This document shows, piece by piece, positions 26,893 to 35,844 of a DNA stretch of 64,000 nucleotides. The notes beneath the pieces are model-generated. The model searched no databases and was not told the DNA's origin. It worked only from the letters and a program-made list of their open reading frames with translations. Origin of the DNA: an uncultured Acidimicrobiales bacterium. Lineage in GTDB: Bacteria; Actinomycetota; Acidimicrobiia; Acidimicrobiales; CAVXTF01. The stretch is taken from positions 2,016,351 through 2,080,350 of the forward strand of contig CAVXTF010000002.1 of the NCBI GenBank assembly GCA_963764615.1. The letters are read 5' to 3'. Within the stretch, counting starts at the first letter, position 1. Each line of letters starts with the position of its first letter. The position numbers and the translations under genes are program-made.

Positions 26893-27603
26893 TCACTCCG
26901 GTCTGGCACGCAAGCTGTAGCCGACTCCCCTGACGGTGTGAATCAAGGCAGGTCCGAGGCTGTCGATCTTCTTGCGGAGATAGCTCACGTAGATCTCGAC
27001 CACGTTGGCATTGCCGCCGAAATCGTAGTTCCACACCCGGTCGAGTATCTGTGCCTTGGACACCACCCGTCCTGAATTCAGCAGCAAGTAGTGAAGTAAT
27101 TTGAATTCCGTCGGTGTCAGATCGATCACCGTGTCGCCGCGGCGGACCACGTGGCTCTCCTCGTCGAGCTCCAAGTCGCCGAGCGCGAGCACTCCGTCGG
27201 ATTCATGGCTTCCGTGCACCCGTCTGAGGATGGCGCGCACCCTGACGATCAGCTCTTCGATGCTGAATGGCTTGGTCATGTAATCGTCGCCGCCGAGCGT
27301 GAACCCGCGCAGCTTGTCGTCGAGCGTGTCCCTCGCCGTCAAGAAGAGCACGGGCACCGGTGCCGAAGGTCGGTCCCTCGCCACTCTCTGCATGACCTCG
27401 AACCCGCTCAGGTCGGGCAGCATCACGTCGAGCACCATCAGGTGGGGCCGGAAGTCCTCGACACGCTCGAGGGCCTCGCGAGCCGTGTGGGCGACCCGGA
27501 CGTCGAGGCCTTCATACCGCAGAGCCATTGCGAGAAGGTCGGTGATGCTCTGCTCGTCGTCCACCACGAGGACGCGCGCAGTTGTGGTTGCCGAAGCCGC
27601 CAT
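26893..27603 (-). CDS. OmpR/PhoB-family response regulator
   Basis: The receiver domain is VLVVDDE..LMVLDVMLPD..LFLTAR. The winged-helix domain is TPTEFKLLHYLLLN..VEIYVSYLRKKID. Its stop lies 3 nt from the HK start. Confidence 0.9.
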   Translation of the reverse strand: MAASATTTARVLVVDDEQSITDLLAMALRYEGLDVRVAHTAREALERVEDFRPHLMVLDVMLPDLSGFEVMQRVARDRPSAPVPVLFLTARDTLDDKLRGFTLGGDDYMTKPFSIEELIVRVRAILRRVHGSHESDGVLALGDLELDEESHVVRRGDTVIDLTPTEFKLLHYLLLNSGRVVSKAQILDRVWNYDFGGNANVVEIYVSYLRKKIDSLGPALIHTVRGVGYSLRARPE

Positions 27604-27684
27604 GATCCAAGTTTGACTATCGATCCTGTGAGATCCCTTTGAGCTTGCTGTGGAGCATTGAGGATCGAACCGGCCCTCGACGGG

Positions 27685-28488
27685 TTAGCCCGAGCGCGAG
27701 CGGACAAGCCTCGCGAGGTCCCCTGCGCGCTTCGCGAGCCCTGATCGGTCACCCCGTCCGGCGACGAGAAGCCGTTCGCATCGCAGTGCCTCTTCTTCGG
27801 TGTCGTCGAGAGCGCGAGGAGGCCGTCCCGTCGCCATCGACAAAAGGGCGTCAGCGAGGGCCGGATTACGAGCGAGAACAGGCCCGTGCATGTACGTCCC
27901 GACAAATCGTCCGCTGACCGCTCCCTCGGTGAACGAACCGTCACCGTTTCCGACGCCGGTGCGAACCCGACCAAGGGGCTTCACGCCAGGACCGAGGCTG
28001 GTGAGGCCCGAATGGTTCTCGAAACCTGTGAGCGTTTGTTGGGGGACCGCCCCGAGCACCCGCTCTTCTGGCTCTGACACCAGCTCTCCGACGCACCTGT
28101 CGGCGCGGCCTTTGGCGGTGGTCACGTCGACGAGGCCGATGCCCTCGCATCTGCGCCCGTCGGCACCGGCGAAGCTTTCGCCGACGACCTGGAAGCCGGC
28201 GCACACCGCGAGAACGACCGCCCCCTCGTCGAGCGCGCCTGCGAGGACGCTTCCTCGAAGCAGGGCAGCGGACTCGACCTGCGGAGCGTCCTCTCCGCCG
28301 CCTAGGCAGTAGATGTCTGCGGTGGGAATGGGCCTGTCCGACCGGGCGAGAAGCAGCTCCACTGGGAACCCTCTCCACGCTGCGCGGCACGCGAGCACCC
28401 TCGCGTTGCCGCCGTCACCGTAGGTGCCGAGCAGATCGGGATGGACGACCGCGACCCGCAGACCCGAGTCGCGTCGAGCGCGCCCCAC
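27685..28488 (-). CDS. gatD: Lipid II isoglutaminyl synthase, glutaminase subunit GatD (CobQ-type GATase)
   Basis: LRVAVVHPDLLGTYGDGGNA, VLAVCAGFQVVG (catalytic Cys) and YMHGPVLARNP (His) are present. It sits immediately downstream of murT. The start is set at the GTG at 28488. Confidence 0.85.
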   Translation of the reverse strand: MGRARRDSGLRVAVVHPDLLGTYGDGGNARVLACRAAWRGFPVELLLARSDRPIPTADIYCLGGGEDAPQVESAALLRGSVLAGALDEGAVVLAVCAGFQVVGESFAGADGRRCEGIGLVDVTTAKGRADRCVGELVSEPEERVLGAVPQQTLTGFENHSGLTSLGPGVKPLGRVRTGVGNGDGSFTEGAVSGRFVGTYMHGPVLARNPALADALLSMATGRPPRALDDTEEEALRCERLLVAGRGDRSGLAKRAGDLARLVRSRSG

Positions 28489-29886
28489 GCGATGAACGCG
28501 AAGCAAGCGTCTTCCCGCTCTCGGTGGCAACAGGGACCGTTAGCGCCTCGAAGGTATGGATCGCCGGGGCGCGAGAACGTGGCGAACCGTTGCTCCGCGA
28601 ACTCGGATGTCGTCGTGAGACGATCCGCCGAAGTTGCTGGAATGCCGTGTAGTTGCCCACGTATTCGATGGACGGGGCCGCCGGAGCGAGGAGGGCGGAT
28701 CCTTGTTCGGCCAGTACCCGGTGCTTCACACCTGCGTATCTGAGACGCACTGCCAGATCCTTGGATCTCTCCCCTGTGGCCACGACGAGCCGGCCGGCCA
28801 GTTCCTCGAAACCGACGTCCCAGAGCCACGACGGATCGTGGCCGTCCGCCGTCCGCGAATTGATTCCGACCACGACAGGAGTCTCGGAGTTCCGCAGGAG
28901 GTCCAAGAGCTCGGCCCATCCGGCAGGGTTCTTAGCGAGCAGCAGGCGTGCGGAGACGCCCTCGTAGAAGACGCTCGAGAATCTTCCTTCGACCTCCCCC
29001 ACCGATTTCATGGCTTCGAGGGCGAGGGCTTCGTCGGTTCCGAGGGCTCCCGCAGCGACGGCTGCCATTGCGGCATTGGACCGGTTGCACCGGGCCGGCA
29101 ACGACAACGAGATCGGTACGACACGACCGTCGCGCAGCTCGAGACCCGACGACGTCAATTGCGCGTACGGCTCGGGGCGGGAGAAGCCGCACGTGCACGA
29201 CCAACCCCCGAGCGGTTCGAAACTGATCCGGCCACCGCACGCCGGGCAACCGGTGGCGTCGTCGTGCCAGAGCTCTCCGGCAGCGACGAAGAGAACGGTT
29301 GGACCGTCGGCCGCCCTCGGCTCTTGCACCCCGGTGGCCCAGACCACCAGCGGATCGTCTGCGTTCGCCACCACCGTCACACCGTGCATGCGCGATATCG
29401 AGTCCCGCCATCTTTGAGCGAGCATGCGCACTTCGTTCACCCGGTCGAGCTGGTCACGCGACAATTGAGCAGGACGATCACCTCGGCGCCGACAGCGCCG
29501 GCGACCCCCCCGAGGTACGCCTCGTCGACCTCGAGGACTGCGGCTGCGCCTGCTGGGGCCGACGCAAGTGCGGCCGCGAGACCTGCGGGAAGGTTCGCCC
29601 CCGCAGAGGAGGTAGCGACAGAACCTGGACCACCGAGCGCTGCGGCAAGCAGTCTCGTGGTCGTGGTCTTGCCGTTCGTCCCGCTCACGAGAGCGCAACG
29701 CCTCCCGGCGGCAAGGCCGGCGACAAGTCCGGGATCGATCACGAGACCCACGCGCCCACCGATCACGGATCCGCCCCCGAGCCCCAGGCGGCGTGACACC
29801 TCGCTCACGGCGTTCGTGGCGGCGGCCGCAAGGAGCCTTCGTCCGCCTCGGCCTGCAGCAAGGCGTTCCGCGGACCCCCCGGTCAT
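28415..29886 (-). CDS. murT: Lipid II isoglutaminyl synthase, ligase subunit MurT (interrupted by a 1-nt frameshift as assembled)
   Basis: ORF 29437..29886 (..SGTNGKTTTTRLL..EVDEAYL..VIVLLN) joins ORF 28415..29698 (SRDQLDRVNEV..CPACGG..CTCG Zn-ribbon..AKNPAGW..DGHDPSWLWDV). The switch is at AATT 29463-29466. The last ~65 codons are R/S-rich and overlap gatD, so the true stop is uncertain. Confidence 0.8.
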
Positions 29887-31464
29887 CCGTCTTTCGGCGT
29901 GGAGCTGGAATTCGTCCGGCGTCCCGGCGGATAAGTGCGCTTCAACTCCTCGGCCGTGGGATCGTGCTTCTTGCGAGCTTGCTTGGGCAACAGGGCCGTG
30001 ATCGCGCTCATCAGGCGGCGGGTCTCTTCGACCGCGTCAGGGCCGTTCATATCGAGGGGACGGCCGACCTTCACCCTTATGTGCGGCGGATGAGTCAGGT
30101 TCGTCATGTTCGGCACTCTCGACGAGCGCGGCCATACGCGCTCGGTTCCCCAGATCCCTACCGGAACGACCCGCGCCCCGGTCGCCTTCGCCAGCCGGGC
30201 TGCCCCCGTCCGGCCCCGAAGCTCCCGATCGAAGAATGCGGGACCCGCGCGGGATCGTGCCCTGAGGAAGTATGACCACCACCTCGCCGGCCTCGAGAGC
30301 TCTCGTCGCCTCGCGAAGCGGCATGTCCGAGCCGCTTCCCCGGTCGACAGGGATGCCACCGAGCGCCCGGGCCAATTGACCTATCACCGGGGCGTCGAAC
30401 ACCTCGCGCTTTGCGAGAAAGCGGACAGGGCGTCCCAGCCGCGCGGCGACGATGGCCAAGGCCGCCACGTCGAAGTAGCTGCGATGGTTGGCGGCGACGA
30501 GCACCGGTCCTGATGTCGGAATGCGCTCGACACCCGTTATGTCGAACCGGGCGTACGCGAAGGCCTCTGGCCGCACGACCATGCGCAGCATGTGATACGG
30601 CTCGATGCCTGCGATCTTCGGGACACCTGGCGGCCGGTCCCAGTATTCGACCGGCCAACGAAGCACCCTGGCCAACACGTGCAGGCGGGCATCGGGTTTG
30701 AGGGCGTGCGGATGTCCCACGGAGCGAAGCAGCGGCACGTCGTAGACGCTGTCCGAGTACGCATGGCTCGCCTTCAGGTCCACGAACGCGTCCCTGGCAA
30801 AGCGGCGGACGGCAGACAACTTGCCTGGTCCCCAGACGAAGTCGCCTTCGATCCCACCCGAAAGGGCTCCTCCTTTTCGGGCGTAGCGGGTGGCCACCAG
30901 GTGGTCGAAGCCGAGGGCATCGACCAGGGGGCTCACGAGGTCAGCCGGTGTGGTCGTGGCGAGAACGATCAGACGACCTTGCCGGCGATGCTCTTCGAGG
31001 ACTCCCTTCGCGAACGGCTGGACCATCTCGAGCAGAAGCGGTGCCGCTCGTTCGCCGGCGCGGCGGAACGCGGACTCGGGCCAACCGGAGACGAAATGTG
31101 CGGCCCCGCGCACGAGCGCCATCATCGGAAGGGTCTCTCCGAGCGTGTCGTACAAGCCGTAGAGGAGTGGACCGGCCGGCAATCGCGGGCGACCGTCCAA
31201 GAGACCCTCTTCGCGTAGCGCCCTGTCGATCACCGGCCCGCTCGCCCCTCTGAGCAGCGTGCGGTCCAGATCGACGAACACCGCAGACCGTGAAGTGCCG
31301 GCAGCCGAATATGGCTCGCCGCGCGCAGTGCCCCGCTTTCCGTTCACCGTCCCCCGCACGAACTCGTGCACCGAGGTGGCTGGGTCCGTCTGGCTCGGCA
31401 CGTCCGCGACGTTAGGGCACACGGCGAAAAGATTCGCGTTCTGGATGCCGGGGAGGCTGCACAT
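29883..31464 (-). CDS. HAD-IB hydrolase / PlsC-type acyltransferase fusion (frameshifted as assembled)
   Basis: ORF 30037..31620 has FVDLDRTLL (HAD motif I) and ..ANHRSYFDV (HX4D) ..ILPQGTIPRG. It then continues in ORF 29883..30359 as PAFFDRELRGRTGAARLAKATGARVVPVGIWGTE. The switch is at GGG/CCC 30240-30246. Its stop overlaps the murT ATG (ATGA). The start is uncertain. Confidence 0.75.
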
Positions 31465-31481
31465 ATGCCCATGACGCGGCA

Positions 31482-31508
31482 AAGGGACCGGAGGGGGACC
31501 GGTCCCTT
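31482..31508. promoter_or_regulatory. Perfect 10-bp-stem hairpin AAGGGACCGG-AGGGGGA-CCGGTCCCTT in the lysR / HAD-plsC divergent region
   Basis: I read this directly from the sequence. It lies 18 nt upstream of the candidate ATG at 31464 of the minus-strand gene. Confidence 0.3.
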
Positions 31509-31597
31509 CGCGGCGACTCAACAGGGCTCGGAGGGGAACGCCCGGCAACCTGTGGTCTCCTCCCATTCTGCTCCCGCGAAACCGATCAGTCAAACAG

Positions 31598-31625
31598 TTA
31601 TTGCAGATATGTGGTATCACAATAA
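31598..31625. promoter_or_regulatory. Inverted repeat TTATTG-N16-CAATAA abutting the LysR start (candidate LTTR autoregulatory site)
   Basis: It sits in an AT-rich patch ending 1 nt before the GTG at 31626. The T-N11-A-type dyad logic of LTTR boxes suggests the assignment. Confidence 0.3.
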
Positions 31626-32599
31626 GTGATGGAGCTCAGGCATCTGCAGGTCCTAGTCGCCGTTGCCGAGCACGGATCGTTCTCGGCGGCTGCGGACCAT
31701 CTCGGAACTGTCCAGTCCAACGTCTCGGCGCACGTCGCCCGCCTGGAGCGCGAGCTCTCCGCCACCCTCGTGGACAGGGGGGCCGGGCGCCTGACCGAAG
31801 AGGGGGAGCTTGCTCTCGCGCGTGCCTACCGAGTGCTTTCAGAGCTCGAGGCACTGGCAACCGACGTCGGCGCTCTTCGTGCGGAGATCACCGGGACGGT
31901 CCGGGTGGGCATGATCGGCACCACGGCTCGGTGGCTCGTTCCGGCTCTCCTGGCAGATCTTTCGTCGAGCCACCCGAGGCTCAGGCTCATCGTGACGGAG
32001 GCCCCGTCGTCGGGTCTCGAGCCGCAGCTCGCTTCGGGCAGGCTGGACCTCGCTGTTTTGACCCACCCGGTGCCCGGACGCGACCTGGCGAGCGAGCCCC
32101 TGTTCGAGGAACAGATCGTCCTGGTCACGACGCCTGACTGTGATCCGATCCCGGGGCGGGAGGCGATCTCGGTCATCGATCTGGCGGAGCTCGAGCTTCT
32201 GCTTCCTGCGCAGGGGACGGCGTTCCCGCGGAGATCGATGTAGCCATGAAGCCGGCCGGGGTGAGGCTCCGGCCGCTCATCGAGGTGGACGGCGTGCGCC
32301 TGCTCGCTTCTCTGGCTTTCGACGGACACGGACCCGCGCTGCTCCCGTCCACCGCAGTCCCCGAGTTCCTGAGGTCGAGGGTCCGCCTGGTCCCCGTAGA
32401 CGGGATGGCACAACGCCATGTGGGCCTTGCGACACGAAGCCGTGGCCTGCCTTCCGCGCCGGCCCGTGCCGTCATTTCGGCGCTGAGAGAGCTTGCGTCG
32501 AGCCCGGGTCGCCTTCCTGAGGGCCTGCGGCCCGCCTCCGAGAAGCGACGCAGCTCGGCAGAAGGCTCACCGCGCGCCGTCGGGGCCCCCAACGGGTGA
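31626..32599 (+). CDS. LysR-family transcriptional regulator (frameshifted as assembled)
   Basis: MELRHLQVLVAVAEHGSFSAAADHLGTVQSNVSAHVARLE is the HTH. ORF 31626..32243 and ORF 32246..32599 together form one LTTR substrate-binding domain. Adding one C to CCC 32225-32227 gives ..GTAFPAEIDVAMKPAGVRLRPLIEV.. Confidence 0.8.
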
Positions 32600-32780
32600 G
32601 AAATGCCGCAAAGGATGGTCCCGTTAACGCGATTTCACGTTGAGTCACAGCTCGGCCACAGGTGAGGCAAGTATTCTGTGGCTGGTTACGGTGCTGCCCT
32701 CGAGGAGAGACTCGAGGTCAGGCCGAAGTCGAACAGAAATCCCGCGTCCTGGTAGCGGGGGGGAGAACCTAGGAGCGCAG

Positions 32781-33491
32781 ATGGAGCAGTACACGGAGGA
32801 GACAGGCCAGACCGTTCCGCGGGTGCACGCTGAGGTGCCCGCTACGACCGCCCGGAGCCGGAGCCCACAGTGGCGAAGGATCCTCCAGGCAGGAGTCGGT
32901 GTCGGAGTGGCTGCCGGAGTAGCCGTCGGTGCCGCCGCCCTTGCAGGTGCGGCAACCTCGGGCGGCAGCACGCCAAAGAGCTCGACCCCGACCACGACGC
33001 AGCCAGCTGCCAAAAGGGCCCAAAGCGGCCACTTCGCCGGCCGGGGCTTCGGGGCCCCGGGAATCGGAGCGGGGCTCGGTTTCGGAGGATTCGGAGGGTT
33101 CGGCGGATTCGGTTCCGTGCTCCACGGCGAGGAGACCGTCAGCGGGCCGAACGGATACGAGACGATCGAGTTCCAGACCGGAACGGTCACCTCGGTCACC
33201 GATGTTTCCGGCAGCACGTGGAGCCTCGTGGTGACGAGTGCGGACAAGACCGCCATCACGTACACGGTCGACTCGGGAACATCCGTGAACGGCGGGGAGA
33301 GCGGAATCGCCTCTGTAAAGAGCGGCAACAAGGTCAGCGTCGTCGCGATCGTGTCCAAGGGGACCGGCACGGTGAAGTCCCTTACGGACTCGACCACGCT
33401 CCAGGCCAACCGGGGCACGTGGGCGCCTAAGGGGCCGGTTGGCCCCATGAGCCCGCCTTCTCCCCCGGCGAGCGGTTCCTCGACGAGCTAG
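32781..33491 (+). CDS. Single-pass membrane-anchored Gly-rich protein, unknown function
   Basis: AGGAG lies 6 nt upstream of the ATG at 32781. The TM helix is ILQAGVGVGVAAGVAVGAAALAG, followed by a GFGGFGGFGGFG tract and a beta-rich C-domain (TIEFQTGTVTSVTDVSGSTWSLVVT..). Confidence 0.6.
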   Translation: MEQYTEETGQTVPRVHAEVPATTARSRSPQWRRILQAGVGVGVAAGVAVGAAALAGAATSGGSTPKSSTPTTTQPAAKRAQSGHFAGRGFGAPGIGAGLGFGGFGGFGGFGSVLHGEETVSGPNGYETIEFQTGTVTSVTDVSGSTWSLVVTSADKTAITYTVDSGTSVNGGESGIASVKSGNKVSVVAIVSKGTGTVKSLTDSTTLQANRGTWAPKGPVGPMSPPSPPASGSSTS

Positions 33492-33615
33492 AGCACAGTC
33501 GAGCTGTTCCTCGACGAGCTAGAGCACAGTCGAGCGGTTCCTCGACGAGCTAGAGCACAGTCGAGCGGTTCCTCGACGAGCTAGGGCACGGTCGAGCGGT
33601 TCCTCGACGAGCTAG
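33473..33615. repeat. 31-bp tandem repeat, about 4.6 copies (CGGTTCCTCGACGAGCTAGAGCACAGTCGAG)
   Basis: The copies start at 33473, 33504, 33535, 33566 and 33597 (the last is partial). They carry 0-3 mismatches each. The unit contains the CTCGAC..GTCGAG dyad and a CTAG. Confidence 0.9.
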
Positions 33616-34239
33616 AGCGCCGGCCGAGGCTCGCGCCACATGAGCCATATACGCGGTCCTCCCCGGACCGCGTTCAGCTCCTTCGTCACCTTGAACCCGA
33701 ATCGGGAGTAGAACGACACGTTCCTCTCCTTGGAGCACTCGAGATAGGCAGGCGCTCCTTCTTCGTCGATCCGCTCGATCATCGACGAAAGCAGGGTCGA
33801 GCCGACCCCGTGACCCTGCAGCGCCGGATCTGTCCCGAGGGTGGCCAGGTACCAGTGCGGGACCGTCGGACGTTCCGACTCCACCACGAACAAGGCGCGG
33901 CAGCGTGTCACGCATGTGGCTCAGGGGCAGCAGCTCTGGCAGGAGCGGGAGGACTCGGAACAGGTCCCGTACGCCGGGTCGGGGCTTGGAAGGCGGTCCC
34001 CAGATGGCGGCACCCGATCTGGCCTCGGTGGTCCAGACCTCCCCTGAGCGCAGGTAGTCGCCTTGCAACTGGATCTTGAAGAATCTCCGAAGAGCCCTCG
34101 GGCGCTTGTCGTCATCGATGAACATGAAGCTCGCGACCGGGTCGTCGCAGAAAGCCCGCACCAGCATCGCTCCCAGTACCGGGGTATCTGCGTCCGTAGC
34201 GCGTACGAGGTTGTGCTCGACCCTCTCGCGTCGGCCCAC
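33612..34239 (-). CDS. GNAT family N-acetyltransferase (frameshifted as assembled)
   Basis: The N-terminal part lies in the frame of ORF 33550..34509 (LVRATDADTPVLGAMLVRAFCDDP..). The C-terminal part is ORF 33612..33911 (HWYLATLGTDPALQGHGVGSTLL..AYLECSKERNVSFYSRFGF, the acetyl-CoA motif A). The switch is near 33900-33915. Confidence 0.7.
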
Positions 34240-34244
34240 TGCGC

Positions 34245-34520
34245 TCAGCGGCCGACGAAGACGCGCTGACCGCGCTGGACATCTACGACCCTGACGGCAC
34301 GGTTGGTCGGGTCCAAGCGGTAGACGACCCGCTGATCGGCCACGGACGCCACGTACCTCCGGGAAAGCTGCCCCTCGAGCTCTACACCCACGGTGCCCGG
34401 GCTCTCGAGCAGATCCCCTGTGACGAAGTCGATCACGCGAGGCCGGCTCGTCTCGATCGGCAGGCCCAGGATCGCACGGCGCGCCGGGCCTGATACAACC
34501 AGGCGCCAACGTGTCGGCAT
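34245..34520 (-). CDS. RelE/ParE-family type II toxin
   Basis: MPTRWRLVVSGPARRAILGLP..VASVADQRVVYRLDPTNRAVRVVDVQRGQRVF is a typical RelE/ParE fold signature. Confidence 0.7.
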   Translation of the reverse strand: MPTRWRLVVSGPARRAILGLPIETSRPRVIDFVTGDLLESPGTVGVELEGQLSRRYVASVADQRVVYRLDPTNRAVRVVDVQRGQRVFVGR

Positions 34521-34803
34521 CGTCCGCGTGGATATCCCCATCTGCTGCTCGAACTCACCCTGGCTCAGGAAGTTGCCCGAGACGAGGGCCTGCTCGCCCG
34601 CCTTGATCCTTTCGAGCTGCTCTGTGTCGCACATGAGCTCGAGGGTCTCTTCGAGAGCGAAGAGGTGCTCCGCTGACAGGATCGCGAGCCCCCTGGTGTC
34701 GGGGACCTCTATCACGACCTGCTGGCGGCGTCGTGGAAAGCTGCTTGGCCAGCTCGGGCAACGTCGTCTGAGCCTCACGCACCGAGATGTGCCGCGCACC
34801 CAT
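34521..34803 (-). CDS. Phd/YefM-family antitoxin (frameshifted; no stop before the toxin ATG as assembled)
   Basis: MGARHISVREAQTTLPELAKQL (ORF 34555..34803) continues in the frame of ORF 34245..34799 as VVIEVPDTRGLAILSAEHLFALEETLELM.DTEQLERIKAGEQAL. Confidence 0.6.
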
Positions 34804-34846
34804 CGCAGTCGATGCTACCTGCGCCCCGAAGCGAAGATCGATCCGG

Positions 34847-35425
34847 TCAGTTCAGGTAGGGATGAGGGGGGTAGGTGGCGAGCAACCCGATCTCTCCGCC
34901 TTGACGGCGCAGAACGTCGTGCCACAGCCGCTCGGGTAGGTCGGTCAAAAGGTCGCTCTCGCGCGCATCGAGGCACAGCCACGCCCCCTCGGAGAGCTCC
35001 TCGTCGAGTTGACGTGCCGACCAACCTGCGTATCCGGAGAACAGCCTGGCGCCACCCAACGAGTCGGGCTGGTCCTCAGGAGAGACGGACAGGTCCACGG
35101 TCCCGACCTCACCGAGAACCGGGTGCCATCCGATCGGATCACCCGACGGCGGTCTCTTCACGAGGCCGATTACCGCGCCAGGCGATACGGGGCCTCCCGA
35201 GAAGATCACGGCCGGCTCGGCCTTGGCCGCCTCGTCGTGCCACTGGGAGAGGATCTCGTCCACCGGCACGCCTGTGGGCCGGTTGAGCACCAGCCCGAGG
35301 GCGCCGGCAGGCTCGTGATCCAACATGAAGACGACGGTCCGACTGAAGCTCGGGTCGGCAAGTCGTGGTGAGGCGACGAGGAGCCTGCCGGTCAGGTCGT
35401 CGCCCTCGTTCACGCCCTCGATCAT
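34847..35425 (-). CDS. YqgE/AlgH family protein (UPF0301)
   Basis: LLVASPRLADPSFSRTVVFMLDHEPAGALGLVLNRP..FSGYAGWSARQLDEELSEGAW is diagnostic of the family. Confidence 0.9.
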   Translation of the reverse strand: MIEGVNEGDDLTGRLLVASPRLADPSFSRTVVFMLDHEPAGALGLVLNRPTGVPVDEILSQWHDEAAKAEPAVIFSGGPVSPGAVIGLVKRPPSGDPIGWHPVLGEVGTVDLSVSPEDQPDSLGGARLFSGYAGWSARQLDEELSEGAWLCLDARESDLLTDLPERLWHDVLRRQGGEIGLLATYPPHPYLN

Positions 35426-35484
35426 CTCGCTCCCCGCGCCCCAAGTGCTCGATGCACCGCCCTTCGAGCGACCATGATGGAGCG

Positions 35485-35844
35485 ATGAGTGACCTTCCCG
35501 AAAGGCGTCCCTGGGGCGAGTTCTGCGTGCTGTCGGAGGAGCCCGACCACAAAGTGAAACGCCTCACCGTCTCGGCGGGATGCCGCCTCAGCTATCAGAC
35601 CCACGCTCACCGGTCCGAGCACTGGTTCATCGTGAGCGGAGTGGGAACGGCGACGATCGACGGTGTGGACCTCGACATCGCGCCAGGCTCGTGCGTCGAC
35701 GTGCCGGTGGGGGCAGCACATCGCGTGACGAGCACTGGCCCGGCCGACCTGGTGCTGATCGAGGTCCAGCACGGCGAGTCGTTCGAAGAGGACGACATCG
35801 TCAGGTTGGACGACGACTACGGCCGTATGGCTCAAGTCGGATGA
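35485..35844 (+). CDS. Cupin domain protein (type II PMI C-terminal cupin-like)
   Basis: RPWGEFCVLSEEPDHKVKRLTVSAGCRLSYQTHAHRSEHWFIVSG is present. Its stop overlaps the tldD ATG. Confidence 0.8.
   Translation: MSDLPERRPWGEFCVLSEEPDHKVKRLTVSAGCRLSYQTHAHRSEHWFIVSGVGTATIDGVDLDIAPGSCVDVPVGAAHRVTSTGPADLVLIEVQHGESFEEDDIVRLDDDYGRMAQVG

Noticed and set aside
28302-28919. 205-aa minus ORF across the murT/gatD junction as an extra gene
   Set aside because: It is a third-frame reading with R/G/S/C-rich composition. The MurT DUF1727-like C-terminal region and the GatD N-terminus account for the DNA.
32600-32780. Possible riboswitch (c-di-AMP/ydaO-like, because of GCGGGGGGAGAACC) upstream of the Gly-rich membrane protein
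   Set aside because: Only one short G-rich/ACC patch resembles the motif. I could not find the paired pseudo-symmetric halves or the conserved CCGA/AAUC elements. An infernal/Rfam scan would settle it.
33473-33615. Possibility that the 31-bp repeat array is a small CRISPR locus
   Set aside because: The repeats are directly abutting with no spacers. No cas genes are nearby, and the first and last copies are part of coding 3' ends.
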